DNA from: a virus
IMG/VR virus record: IMGVR_UViG_3300005836_000021
Coordinates: 1-53,308 of that record
DNA: 53,308 nucleotides
Direction: 5' to 3' (one strand)
Part shown: positions 42,675 through 51,354 of the stretch, one piece after another
Layout of the letters: every line of letters starts with the position of its first letter
Numbering within the stretch: position 1 is the first letter of the stretch
Made by a program: the position numbers and the translations under genes
The notes under the pieces: generated by a model
The model's database searches: none
Told to the model about the DNA's origin: nothing
What the model saw: the letters and a program-made list of their open reading frames with translations, nothing else

Positions 42675-43433
42675 TTATCGCATATCGGCACCGAATTTGC
42701 AAGCAGAAACTAGGCCCCTTTCTTCCTGGGCCCACAGGCCCGCAAGCCCTTGCACCCCCTTGGTTGCCTTCATACAGATATTTGGATGGCCGAAAATCCG
42801 CATCCGGAGCGCAGACTTTACGTGCACAACCCGCGTCACTGCGGGGTCAAACTGGTCCCAGCAGGTGTCCTCGCAGTTCCACACCAGACAAGGCACCCCC
42901 ACCACGCGGGCGCCCTCGGGGCTGGCCAGCATGCAACCGAGGCTTGCCTGGTTGTAACCCCCATACACCCGGCGCCAAGGGGCTGCGGCAGGCGTGTCGT
43001 GCAGGAACTGGTCATCAACCTCAGCCCACCGCTGCATGAACCTCTTGCCCGCCACGGTGGCACGCACCGCCACGACACCCCCGTTCAACGGAAACCGGGC
43101 TGCCTTGCGTGCCGTGAACGCCACGTCGAAGGGTATTTCCCACAGGGGGTCAAGGGGCCCCGTGACGAAGGTGTCGGCGTCAACCAGCAGGACCGGGGCA
43201 CCCTCGGGGGCGGCCAGCACCGCGTCACGCCACAGGCGCAGCTTGTGCCAGTTGGCTGCGTGGCTCTCGCTGCCGGTGGCGGCCCGCACGGTGGTGGGCG
43301 GCACGGCCTGGACCCGTACGTCCCACCCTGGGTTATGCCGCCGGGCCGTGTGCTCGAGCACGGCAGCCATGCGCTGGAACTCGGTGCCCCCACCCGTGCC
43401 CGTGAACCACACCGACACCAGGCGAGGAGTCAC
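42675..43433 (-). CDS. GT-A-fold glycosyltransferase-like protein (DxD)
   Basis: GTG start in a GTGA overlap with the upstream stop. LVSVWFTGTGG...PVLLVDADTFV contains the DxD motif. Confidence 0.5.
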   Translation of the reverse strand: MTPRLVSVWFTGTGGGTEFQRMAAVLEHTARRHNPGWDVRVQAVPPTTVRAATGSESHAANWHKLRLWRDAVLAAPEGAPVLLVDADTFVTGPLDPLWEIPFDVAFTARKAARFPLNGGVVAVRATVAGKRFMQRWAEVDDQFLHDTPAAAPWRRVYGGYNQASLGCMLASPEGARVVGVPCLVWNCEDTCWDQFDPAVTRVVHVKSALRMRIFGHPNICMKATKGVQGLAGLWAQEERGLVSACKFGADMR

Positions 43434-44023
43434 AGGGTTATGCGGCGCCGGGGCACCACCTCGGTTCTTCGAATTTTCAGGCAGGGGCAGTCTTTGGCCC
43501 TGGGCGCATTTGCCGGCGGGGCGTCTCCGTTCGCCCGGCGCCAGTGGTACACGTACAGGCCCTCGTGCACGTACACCTTGTAACCCAGCTTCGCCAGCGC
43601 GAAGTGCATTCCATGGTCCACGCAGTACATGCCGTCCACGAACCCACCAGCGGCCAGCCAAGCCCGCTGAGAGATCACCATTACCACGCCCGCGATCCCT
43701 GAGGCCGCGGTCACGTCCAGCAAGGTTCTGACCTTCAGCTTTTCCTTGCCACGCTGCCGGTGGTACGCCATGTCGTGATTGTCTGGGCTGGGGTTACTCC
43801 ACTGCCAGGTCTGCCACCCGCGGCTGGCGATGGCCGTTATGATTCCCGCGTCGGGCACCTTGGCCACGGCCTCCTGGATTTGCTTGTACCATTCGCGAGT
43901 GGTCCAAATGGCGTCATGGTCAAGGAACACCGCCCAGTCGTCCTCTCCCAGCAGCCCCATGGCCTCGTTATAGGCGCGGCCCAGGTTCATGTCGGGGGCA
44001 AACGGCATCATCGTGTAGATCAC
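43430..44023 (-). CDS. GT2-like glycosyltransferase (197 aa)
   Basis: DWAVFLDHDAIW is DxD-type and sits in a GT-A-like context. Confidence 0.5.
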   Translation of the reverse strand: MIYTMMPFAPDMNLGRAYNEAMGLLGEDDWAVFLDHDAIWTTREWYKQIQEAVAKVPDAGIITAIASRGWQTWQWSNPSPDNHDMAYHRQRGKEKLKVRTLLDVTAASGIAGVVMVISQRAWLAAGGFVDGMYCVDHGMHFALAKLGYKVYVHEGLYVYHWRRANGDAPPANAPRAKDCPCLKIRRTEVVPRRRITL

Positions 44024-44562
44024 TTCGTGGCCTCCACCCGAAAGTCACGGCCCATGGCGTACGTGTGGTATTGCTGCGGCAGGGCTTGCACCCGCGCCCA
44101 GGGGGCCACGTGGTGCAGAAGGGCACACAGGGTGTCAGGGGTGTACCCCCACCGGTGCATATACCCAGGGTCCCGGTGTGCTGGGTCTCCGTAGATGGGC
44201 CACATGGTGAGCCGCATTGGATCGTCCACCGCGGCAGGCTGCAAGCTGGCAAAGGTTTCCATCTGCCGCGGGGCCAGAGCCGCCATGGCCTTGACCGCGT
44301 GCGCTAGGTTTGGCTGCTCGAGCACCAGCACCCCACCCGGGCGCAGCACCGAATACACCTCAGCCAGCAGGGGGCCTGCATCCCACAGCCAGAAATGCTC
44401 AATGCCGTGGATCAATTCGATCAGATCCCACGGCTCTGCATGCACCGCAGCGGGTAGCGGTGGCACGGTGGCCAGTATGTCAGGCTTGTGCTCTGGGTTC
44501 TGGTCCAGGCGCACAAAGCCCACGGGCCTGGTGGGCCCCGCGCACAACAGCAGCTTACGCAT
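44020..44562 (-). CDS. Class I SAM-dependent methyltransferase (180 aa)
   Basis: KLLLCAGPT...VRLD and LRPGGVLVLEQPN match the Methyltransf_11-like pattern. Confidence 0.5.
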   Translation of the reverse strand: MRKLLLCAGPTRPVGFVRLDQNPEHKPDILATVPPLPAAVHAEPWDLIELIHGIEHFWLWDAGPLLAEVYSVLRPGGVLVLEQPNLAHAVKAMAALAPRQMETFASLQPAAVDDPMRLTMWPIYGDPAHRDPGYMHRWGYTPDTLCALLHHVAPWARVQALPQQYHTYAMGRDFRVEATK

Positions 44563-45247
44563 GCGGCACCCTCGCCCAGTGCTCGTTCTTGAACAGGTTC
44601 ACGTCGTACGGGGCCACCTCAATGCGGTGCCGCTCCAGCAGGGGCGTGATGGCCGCCTGGTCGAAGATGGAAAACGTGTTCACGGTGCGCCACCAGTCGT
44701 CGAGAAACATATGCACCCGGGGCACGTTGGGCAGCAACCACACCCCGCCCGCCCACAGCGGGCAATGTCCCAGGTCAGCCTCGCGTGAGAAGTGGTTGCG
44801 CTCTGCGATCAGCGTTCCTTCGTCGTACCGTGCGGACAGGTACGGGCTTGACCCACGGGCCAGGTGCCCCAGGATATAGTCGTATTCCTCTGCCACCGTT
44901 TTGCGGTCTGGGTGGGGCACCAACACCGCGCGTTCCCTTCCGGCCAGGTTGGCCCACGTGGCCAGGAACTCCAGGTCGTTGAGTTGTAGACATGCGTCCA
45001 CCCAGGCCAGCCACTTGTGGCCCTGTACCGCACGCAGCCGGTGGATCTGACATTTATAGTATTTCGCAGCCAAGCGGGGGTTGAGCGCTGGGTGCTGAGT
45101 GGCGATCACATCCCACCCCGAGGCCTTGACCCCAGGTTGGTCAGTGTAACAGTACGTGGCTGCCCGCACACGCTTGCGCCTGGGCAGCGGCAGCACGGGG
45201 TCCAGGCCCCCAAAGGAGGCCGTTACAAGGGCAACCTGTGGAACCAT
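44555..45247 (-). CDS. DUF616-like putative glycosyltransferase (230 aa; alternative start at 45289)
   Basis: VALVTASFGG...NPRLAAKYYKCQIH...WLAWVDACL resembles the DUF616 pattern. Confidence 0.5.
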   Translation of the reverse strand: MVPQVALVTASFGGLDPVLPLPRRKRVRAATYCYTDQPGVKASGWDVIATQHPALNPRLAAKYYKCQIHRLRAVQGHKWLAWVDACLQLNDLEFLATWANLAGRERAVLVPHPDRKTVAEEYDYILGHLARGSSPYLSARYDEGTLIAERNHFSREADLGHCPLWAGGVWLLPNVPRVHMFLDDWWRTVNTFSIFDQAAITPLLERHRIEVAPYDVNLFKNEHWARVPHA

Positions 45248-45249
45248 GG

Positions 45250-45807
45250 TCAGCCCAGGTCTTGATAGATCTTGGGGTGTGTCAGGCAAAATCGGAGCAT
45301 GGTATCAGGGTCAGCCGCGTACCCCGGCAACCCAAAGTCATATCCTTGAGCCCCGTAGGCTTGTGCCACCAGGCGCGAGCAGATGGGCACCTTGTCGCCG
45401 GCGCCCAACGCGCGGGCCACCACCTTGCCCCCGAACAGTTTGCTGTCGACGAGCTGCTCTGCGATGGCGACGTAACTGTACGCTTCGCCCACCCTCTTTT
45501 CCGCCGTTGCCACAATGGCGTCCAGGGCCTCGAGCGGCACGTTGACCGGGCGGAAGGCAAACACCGAGTCCTTGCTGTGGCTGGAGCGCAGGGGCACCCG
45601 CTGCACGTGGCGCATGGCCTCCACGATCGTGGCGTCCCAGTATGCATCGCCAAGGGGTGGGGCACAGGCCACCACGATGGCCGCGTGGTTCACGCTGGGC
45701 GCGGTCTCTCCAGGGCTGCGTTCTCCCCACCGGATCAGCCTTCCCAGCAGTGCGGTGCTGGCCGTGAACAGAATGTCCCCAGGTATCAGGTACCGGTCGC
45801 CCATCAC
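45250..45807 (-). CDS. Permuted papain-fold (YiiX/C92-like) peptidase/amidase
   Basis: LIPGDILF...NHAAIVV...ICSRLVAQAY has the His-then-Cys order typical of permuted NlpC/P60 relatives. Confidence 0.45.
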   Translation of the reverse strand: MMGDRYLIPGDILFTASTALLGRLIRWGERSPGETAPSVNHAAIVVACAPPLGDAYWDATIVEAMRHVQRVPLRSSHSKDSVFAFRPVNVPLEALDAIVATAEKRVGEAYSYVAIAEQLVDSKLFGGKVVARALGAGDKVPICSRLVAQAYGAQGYDFGLPGYAADPDTMLRFCLTHPKIYQDLG

Positions 45808-46106
45808 TTCCTCCTGTCGATCAGGCCCGCGGCGCCCAGCTTGTCGAGCACCGATGCGGCCACGGTTGCGGGCAGGGCCTCGAGCCGGGTCTCCAACTTG
45901 CCCAGCGTTACCTGTACCCCCACCAGTTCCTTTCCCATTTCGTCCAACCTGCGGTTGGCTGCCACGGCCTTGCGGTCTGCCTCATGTGCAGTAGCCCGCG
46001 TTTCGTGCAGGTATAAGAACCTGGAGAACACCCACGCCAGCACGGCGGCTACTGTGGTGCCCACAGCCACCGCGGCCTCCCAGCCCCAGTCCCAGTTCTT
46101 GAACAT
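45804..46106 (-). CDS. N-terminally anchored membrane protein with a coiled coil (100 aa)
   Basis: MFKNWDWGWEAAVAVGTTVAAVLAWVFSRFLYL followed by heptad-like sequence. TGATG junction. Confidence 0.45.
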   Translation of the reverse strand: MFKNWDWGWEAAVAVGTTVAAVLAWVFSRFLYLHETRATAHEADRKAVAANRRLDEMGKELVGVQVTLGKLETRLEALPATVAASVLDKLGAAGLIDRRK

Positions 46107-46549
46107 CAGATGACCTGAGCAGGCGCGGCGGGCCTGCGGTTGCGCATCTTGACCACCTCGTCGCGCAGGCCGTCGATCTGTGCGCCCAACGTGACCATAA
46201 ACCCGTCCACCTTGGCGGGCAGGGTGTGGCTGAGAACCTCCACTGCTTCGGCCAACTCTTGTACCTGTGTGGCACGTGCCGCATCGTTGGTGTTCAAGCT
46301 GGCCACCTGACCCCACACCTTGTTCACGTCGCCACGCAGGTCTGCCAGTTGCTGGTATGCCTGCAATGGCGACACGTGCTCCAACTTGGTGGCCAGTGCC
46401 CCCACCTCCCTGGTATGGGTGGCGCTGCTGTCATCCAGGCGCCTCGTGAACAGGTGGTAGAACAGGCCAAGGGCGGCAAACTGTACCGCGTTGATGAGGA
46501 TCAAAAGTGCAAACACCACGGTCAGCGCGGTTTGACTTTCCAAGTGCAT
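46106..46549 (-). CDS. N-terminally anchored membrane protein with a long coiled coil (147 aa; i-spanin-like?)
   Basis: ALTVVFALLILINAVQFAALGLFYHLF followed by coiled-coil sequence. Confidence 0.45.
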   Translation of the reverse strand: MHLESQTALTVVFALLILINAVQFAALGLFYHLFTRRLDDSSATHTREVGALATKLEHVSPLQAYQQLADLRGDVNKVWGQVASLNTNDAARATQVQELAEAVEVLSHTLPAKVDGFMVTLGAQIDGLRDEVVKMRNRRPAAPAQVI

Positions 46550-46554
46550 GGCCC

Positions 46555-47013
46555 TCAGTCGGCGTAAAGACGGCGCACACCCAGCACACGTCCAAGGGCG
46601 TACGGAGTCAGGGTTACGGTGGCGGGGTCGTTGTGGTTGCCACCAAGAACCAGGATGTGTGAATTGTCCTGGCTGAAGAAGAAGCCCACGTGGCCAGGTG
46701 CGGCCACCACCCCAGGGCCTGGTTGCGGCTCCGCCCCCCGACTGAGCACTACCACGTCCCAGCCTTGCTCCGCCTGCTCGAGCGGCACGGGCGTTCCGAT
46801 CTCGAGCCAGGCGCGGGCATGCTGCGGGCCCCGGGGTACAGGTACACCCAGCAAGCCCGCAACGAACCCCACGAACCCACCAGCCCACGGGATCTCATCT
46901 GCGGGGTGCCACTCGCGACACCGGTCGCGTGCGTTCCACATCTGCAAGATCCCGGCATCGGTAGGGTACACCCCCAGGAACCGACGCGCTATGTCAAGGG
47001 CCGTGGTTTCCAT
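46555..47013 (-). CDS. TIGR02594-like (CHAP/NlpC-P60-related) cell-wall hydrolase homolog
   Basis: DEIPWAGGFV...GHVGFFFSQDNSHILVLGGNHND...VLGVRRL. No Cys is present where the nucleophile is expected. Confidence 0.55.
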   Translation of the reverse strand: METTALDIARRFLGVYPTDAGILQMWNARDRCREWHPADEIPWAGGFVGFVAGLLGVPVPRGPQHARAWLEIGTPVPLEQAEQGWDVVVLSRGAEPQPGPGVVAAPGHVGFFFSQDNSHILVLGGNHNDPATVTLTPYALGRVLGVRRLYAD

Positions 47014-47018
47014 GGTGG

Positions 47019-47378
47019 TCACTTTGCCGGGACATCCCCGCCGTGCACGTATGAGGCCAGGCCAACGCACACCGCAGTGGCCACGATCGTCGGCGCCTGA
47101 TGGAGGAAGTCCACCCCGCACAAGGCCGTAATCTGGTCACGCAGCAGCAGCCATCCCGACCCCAACACGCTCCACACACCGGTATGAGCCGCGGCCACCT
47201 TGCCGCCCTTGCCCTGCCTCAGTGCAAGGTACGCGGCAGCCAAGCCACCGGCCAAGGCAAACAGGCCCTCGGGGCTGAACAAGGCGGGGCATGCCTGAGT
47301 CACTTTGGCCACCACCACCGGTGCCACGGCCAGGGCCGCAGCACGAACCCAACGCCACACCTTCTGCCAGTCCATCAT
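47019..47378 (-). CDS. Multi-TM holin-like membrane protein (119 aa)
   Basis: It has three or four hydrophobic segments and sits directly upstream of the hydrolase homolog. Confidence 0.45.
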   Translation of the reverse strand: MMDWQKVWRWVRAAALAVAPVVVAKVTQACPALFSPEGLFALAGGLAAAYLALRQGKGGKVAAAHTGVWSVLGSGWLLLRDQITALCGVDFLHQAPTIVATAVCVGLASYVHGGDVPAK

Positions 47379-48079
47379 CAACCTCCCCAGCCGGCGCCCA
47401 CGCCTGCCGTGATCACGTTCGTTCTGTGGCCGTATGGGTTTCGTGCGAGGCCCAACACCGCCCGCACCGACAACACCACAGACCCGTTCCCTCGGGTCAG
47501 CACTTTGATCGACCCCTTGACGTGGGCCGTGGGAACCGGGCCCCACCCCGGGCGCTCGTCAGGGCCCAGGCCAATACGCAGGCGCCCGCCGTGGCCGCCC
47601 GCCTTTTCCCGGAACCACACCCCGCAGCTTGCCCACAGGGGTGCGCCTTCCCGCGGCTGCCTGCCGTCGGTTTCCAGCCTGCTGGCGAACCCCGCCTCGC
47701 AGTACCCCGCGGCATGCACCTTGGTACTGGGACGCCAGTTGACACCCACCGACATCTCGATGGCGTCGAAGTCCTTGGCCGTGGTCAGCCGCACTTGGCT
47801 GTCGGGCAGGCCCGTGAGGTCAGCCTCGGCGAAAGCATTCAGCCGCTGCACCACCGGCCAGTCCACAGCCACCCGCACGAACGGACGCACGGGGCCACGG
47901 CCCGTGGTGCCCAGGGTTGTCTGGGTTCCGGCCAACATGGTCACCTCGGGCGCCGCTGCGTCCACAGCGGCCACCTGCCCAGCCCACCAGGCGCCCGCGT
48001 ACAGACCGGGGCCTGGTGCAGCGTGAGCGGTACCGCAGGCTAGGGCCGCAACCAGCAGCCAGGGCGCCAGCATCCTCAT
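47378..48079 (-). CDS. Secreted, beta-rich (outer-membrane-protein-like) protein (233 aa)
   Basis: Signal peptide MRMLAPWLLVAALACGTAHA followed by alternating hydrophobic/polar segments. Confidence 0.45.
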   Translation of the reverse strand: MRMLAPWLLVAALACGTAHAAPGPGLYAGAWWAGQVAAVDAAAPEVTMLAGTQTTLGTTGRGPVRPFVRVAVDWPVVQRLNAFAEADLTGLPDSQVRLTTAKDFDAIEMSVGVNWRPSTKVHAAGYCEAGFASRLETDGRQPREGAPLWASCGVWFREKAGGHGGRLRIGLGPDERPGWGPVPTAHVKGSIKVLTRGNGSVVLSVRAVLGLARNPYGHRTNVITAGVGAGWGG

Positions 48080-48540
48080 CCGATGTACATGACCCACTGG
48101 TCGCAGCCCAGGGCCGCGCCCTCCAGGCTGATGGCGCAAACCTCGAACGTGGCCGCACCCGCCGGCTCGTGGCAGTTCCAGTTCAGCCCCCTGCTCGAAA
48201 GCGACCCGTACGGGGCGCACTGGGCTCCGAAGCCTCCGGTTTGCCGTTGCTGCCACCGTGGAATGACCCCGCAATCGATAGGCTGGCCGCCCTGGTAGCA
48301 CGCGGTCGGGGTGCCCGTGATCTTGAAGTCGGTGCCTGCCTGCACGCCCGTGGTGACCCGGCCGCCCTGCGAACCTTCCGCGCGGACGATCACATAGATC
48401 GGCGCCGGTGTGGGGCTGGGGCTGGGCTCAATGACCGGGTCGGGCAGCACCGGGGTGGTGCTGGAACACGCTGTGTACAGGCACGCGATCACCAGGCCAG
48501 TGGCCAGGCTGCGCAGCATGCCATAAAGGAAACTCTTCAT
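48076..48540 (-). CDS. Putative lipoprotein (154 aa)
   Basis: MKSFLYGMLRSLATGLVIAC carries a lipobox-like VIAC. AAGGAG lies upstream. ATGA overlap with the next gene. Confidence 0.5.
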   Translation of the reverse strand: MKSFLYGMLRSLATGLVIACLYTACSSTTPVLPDPVIEPSPSPTPAPIYVIVRAEGSQGGRVTTGVQAGTDFKITGTPTACYQGGQPIDCGVIPRWQQRQTGGFGAQCAPYGSLSSRGLNWNCHEPAGAATFEVCAISLEGAALGCDQWVMYIG

Positions 48541-48579
48541 TTGGTTTCAACTCCTTCGGGCGTGTAGCCCACATAACCC

Positions 48580-48588
48580 ATTGTACCA
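48580..48588 (-). promoter_or_regulatory. Extended -10 element TGgTACAAT on the minus strand
   Basis: The plus strand reads attgtacca. It lies in the 50-nt gap between the terL stop and the lipoprotein gene. No good -35 element is present. Confidence 0.3.
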
Positions 48589-48590
48589 CA

Positions 48591-50471
48591 TCAGGCGTCT
48601 GGGTTCCAGTTTCTTGTGCGTGCCTGCCGCGGGGCGGGGGGCACCGCGGGGGCCGCAACGGGCACGGCAGCGTCATCGATCTTCTTGGCCAGGGCCGCGA
48701 AGTGTGCGGGGGTCGGGCAGATAACCCGATAGGCGGCCAGGGCCATACCCATGCAATCCAGCGACTCGTTTCGGTCATGCCCCGGGCGCACCGCCCACCG
48801 CTTGCTGGGTACGCCCAGCTTGTTGCGCTGCACCAGCAAGTGCTCGGCCGTCAGCTCGGTAAAGAACGCGTCGCCCACGGTCATCGGGAAGTGGATCACA
48901 CCCGGGCCCGCCGGTTCCTCAAGGCGCAACCGCGAGTAGATCAACCCCTTAACTTGTGACGCGTCAACCACGTACCGCAGCACATTGCCCTGGGCAGTGT
49001 TCAGGATCTTGCTGGCCGACACCAACTGCCCGTTTATACCGCCATCCTTGCCGATGCTGGCGTACACCCGGCGGCCCTGCCGCGGCACGATGGCCGCGTA
49101 CACCGAGGCCGTGCGGTGCCCCAGCGCATCAACCAGGGTGCACTGCACACGGGTGCCGCCTCCCTCCTCGCGCTCCCATAGTTGCAGCAGCAGTTCATCA
49201 AGCTCGCGCCACACGTCTGGCCTGCTGGGGTCTCCAAAGAACGGCGCCGGGCGCTCGAGCACCCAGCTTTCCTCGCCGGCGCCCCAGCCCATCACCAGCG
49301 CCTCGAGCCGGTCATCCTGCGTGTCCACCCCGCAGGTCAACACCTTGCACCCCGCGGGCACGGGTTTGGGGTACACCACCCGTCGCATCAACAGGCTGGC
49401 GCTCTCGATCCTTTCGCTGGGCACCTCCCAACTTTCCCCGCGGGTCAGGTTCACCCAGCTTTGCAGGGTCTCGGGGCGCTTCTTGGCGGCCAGGAAGGCC
49501 GCAACCATTTCGCTCAACCGGGTCCAGGGCGATACGATGGCCCACACCTTATACCCGCGTACCCCCTCGAACGGTGCGGTGGGCACCCACTGGGCCGCCG
49601 CAAACATGGCGGCACGTTCGCTGTCCTCGATCCGCCCTCCGCAACCAGGCGCCGCACCCGCCGCAACCTCGTCGGGGGTCAGGCCCTCGTTGTGCTCAAG
49701 GTGGGCCGTGCTGGGGTCGCCAGCCTCCCACCGCACATGATGCCACCCTACCTCGAACGCCCTGCCACAGCGGGGGCACGGGGCCATCAGCACCCGCTTG
49801 TCGCTGCGGGCGTACCAGTCCTCAATCCGGCTGGCCCCCTTGATGGTGGGGGTGCTGGTCAACACGATCTTGCGGCGCCTGTACGCGGCGGTGCGCTGCA
49901 CCACCAGCGCCAGCGGGTCTCCCTCAGGGGTGGCCGCCGGCCAGCGGTCTACCTCGTCGCACCACACATACCGCACTGGCCTGCTGCTCAGGCCCGCGGT
50001 GCTGTTGGCGCCGGCCAGGGTCAAAGGCAGCCCGTTGATGCGCTTGTGCAGCACCGAGTTATCGGTGGTCTTGGCCTTGTGCGTGCCCACGTTCAAAGCG
50101 GGGCAAGACTTGAGCGCGCCGGCCAGGCGGTCGGTAGACACGGCGCCGGCCAGTTCTAGGGTGGGCAGCACCAGCATGCCAGGCCCGGGGTCGACCCCGT
50201 AGGCGTAGAGCAATGTTCCAAACAGGCCCTCGGTCTTGCCTATCTGGCTGCTGAACAGCAGCACCAGATATTCCACCTCGGGGTCCACGAAGTCGTTCAG
50301 TGGTGCACGCAGGTATGGGGTGCGGCCCGTGCGCCACGGCCCAGGGAAGGGGCTGGGGTAGTCACGGCCCACCACCCGGTTCCCGTCGAGCCAGTCGGCC
50401 ACGTTGAGCCGCGGGGGCGGGGTGTAGGTGCGCGCACTGGCCCGCAGGATGCGGGCCCGGGTCGCGTTCAC
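48591..50471 (-). CDS. terL: Terminase large subunit (lambda GpA family)
   Basis: 626 aa. LLFSSQIGKTEGL is a P-loop. It lies downstream of a Nu1-like gene with a 4-nt overlap. Confidence 0.85.
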   Translation of the reverse strand: MNATRARILRASARTYTPPPRLNVADWLDGNRVVGRDYPSPFPGPWRTGRTPYLRAPLNDFVDPEVEYLVLLFSSQIGKTEGLFGTLLYAYGVDPGPGMLVLPTLELAGAVSTDRLAGALKSCPALNVGTHKAKTTDNSVLHKRINGLPLTLAGANSTAGLSSRPVRYVWCDEVDRWPAATPEGDPLALVVQRTAAYRRRKIVLTSTPTIKGASRIEDWYARSDKRVLMAPCPRCGRAFEVGWHHVRWEAGDPSTAHLEHNEGLTPDEVAAGAAPGCGGRIEDSERAAMFAAAQWVPTAPFEGVRGYKVWAIVSPWTRLSEMVAAFLAAKKRPETLQSWVNLTRGESWEVPSERIESASLLMRRVVYPKPVPAGCKVLTCGVDTQDDRLEALVMGWGAGEESWVLERPAPFFGDPSRPDVWRELDELLLQLWEREEGGGTRVQCTLVDALGHRTASVYAAIVPRQGRRVYASIGKDGGINGQLVSASKILNTAQGNVLRYVVDASQVKGLIYSRLRLEEPAGPGVIHFPMTVGDAFFTELTAEHLLVQRNKLGVPSKRWAVRPGHDRNESLDCMGMALAAYRVICPTPAHFAALAKKIDDAAVPVAAPAVPPAPRQARTRNWNPDA

Positions 50472-50998
50472 TCTTCCTCGTCGGGGGTGTCGGCCAGCAC
50501 GTCAGCAGCGGCCAGCAGGCGCAACGTGACCCCGGTCAGGGCGTCACGGCACAGGGCCTCCAGCTCCATTTCCTTGCCTGGTACCACAGTGCCCTGCTGC
50601 ACCGCGATGCCAGGGATCGCCATGACCCCCTCGCGCACGGCCATGGCCTCCTGTGTGCGGTCGGCCTCCACCTGGTCAGCGCGCACCACCTGGCCCTGCC
50701 GCTCGGCCAGGTCCAATTCCTTCAGCTTGGCCTCGGCCGCGGTCTTGGCGGCACGGGCGCCCTCGGGGTCCGTGCGTGCCCGCAAGGCTTGCATCTCACG
50801 CTCGTGTTTGGCCAGCACCCACTGCACTCCCAGGGCGACGTTCACCATGGCCCGCCGGTCTTCCCTGTCCACAGGCATGCCCGCCTTGAGCCAGTTGGTG
50901 ACGGTGTTCTGGTGCACCCCGCACAGGTCGCCGAAGCGCCCAGCAGTCACTAAGATGGGGGCGTTTGCCCTGGGCGCATCGGGTTCGTTCTTGGGCAT
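50468..50998 (-). CDS. terS: Terminase small subunit (Nu1-like HTH)
   Basis: FGDLCGVHQNTVTNWLKAGMPV is an HTH, followed by a coiled coil and an acidic tail. Confidence 0.7.
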   Translation of the reverse strand: MPKNEPDAPRANAPILVTAGRFGDLCGVHQNTVTNWLKAGMPVDREDRRAMVNVALGVQWVLAKHEREMQALRARTDPEGARAAKTAAEAKLKELDLAERQGQVVRADQVEADRTQEAMAVREGVMAIPGIAVQQGTVVPGKEMELEALCRDALTGVTLRLLAAADVLADTPDEEE

Positions 50999-51215
50999 GG
51001 GCTAAGCCTCAGAGCCACAACGAGTTACAGCAGCACGTCTTCTGGTCGAGGACAGCGCCTCGTTCACCCGCTTTGCGTGGGGAGGTCCTGGGACCCCGGA
51101 CCTGTCGACACAATAACTTACAAAGGAACGTTGTGCTTGCGCGCAGCAAGGGGAGGAGGTATGTTCCGACGCAAAAACAGCAGGGGGTATGCCCCCTCCC
51201 TCCTCCTTATGTGTC

Positions 51216-51291
51216 AATGACTTAGTAGTGCATGCCCTGTGTGTGCGTGCTGTGTGTACAGGGCATAGCCCATGCATGTGCTTATGTGTCA
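51216..51291. repeat. Two copies of CTTATGTGTCA (51216-51226 and 51281-51291) flanking the inverted repeat ATGCCCTGT / ACAGGGCAT (51232-51267)
   Basis: Read directly in the lower-GC region upstream of terS. These are candidate terminase or regulator binding sites. Confidence 0.4.
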
Positions 51292-51305
51292 TATACATAC
51301 GCAGG

Positions 51306-51317
51306 GCAGTATACTGC
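51306..51317. promoter_or_regulatory. Perfect 12-bp palindrome GCAGTATACTGC (candidate operator)
   Basis: Read directly. It overlaps the predicted start region of the leftward promoter. Confidence 0.4.
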
Positions 51318-51325
51318 ATAAGATG

Positions 51326-51354
51326 AGTGTAGCACAGGTCGCTACCATATGCAA
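51326..51354 (-). promoter_or_regulatory. Leftward sigma70-like promoter TTGCAT-N17-(TGc)TACACT
   Basis: The minus strand reads TTGCATatggtagcgacctgTGcTACACT. This is the same architecture as the rightward promoter. Confidence 0.5.
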
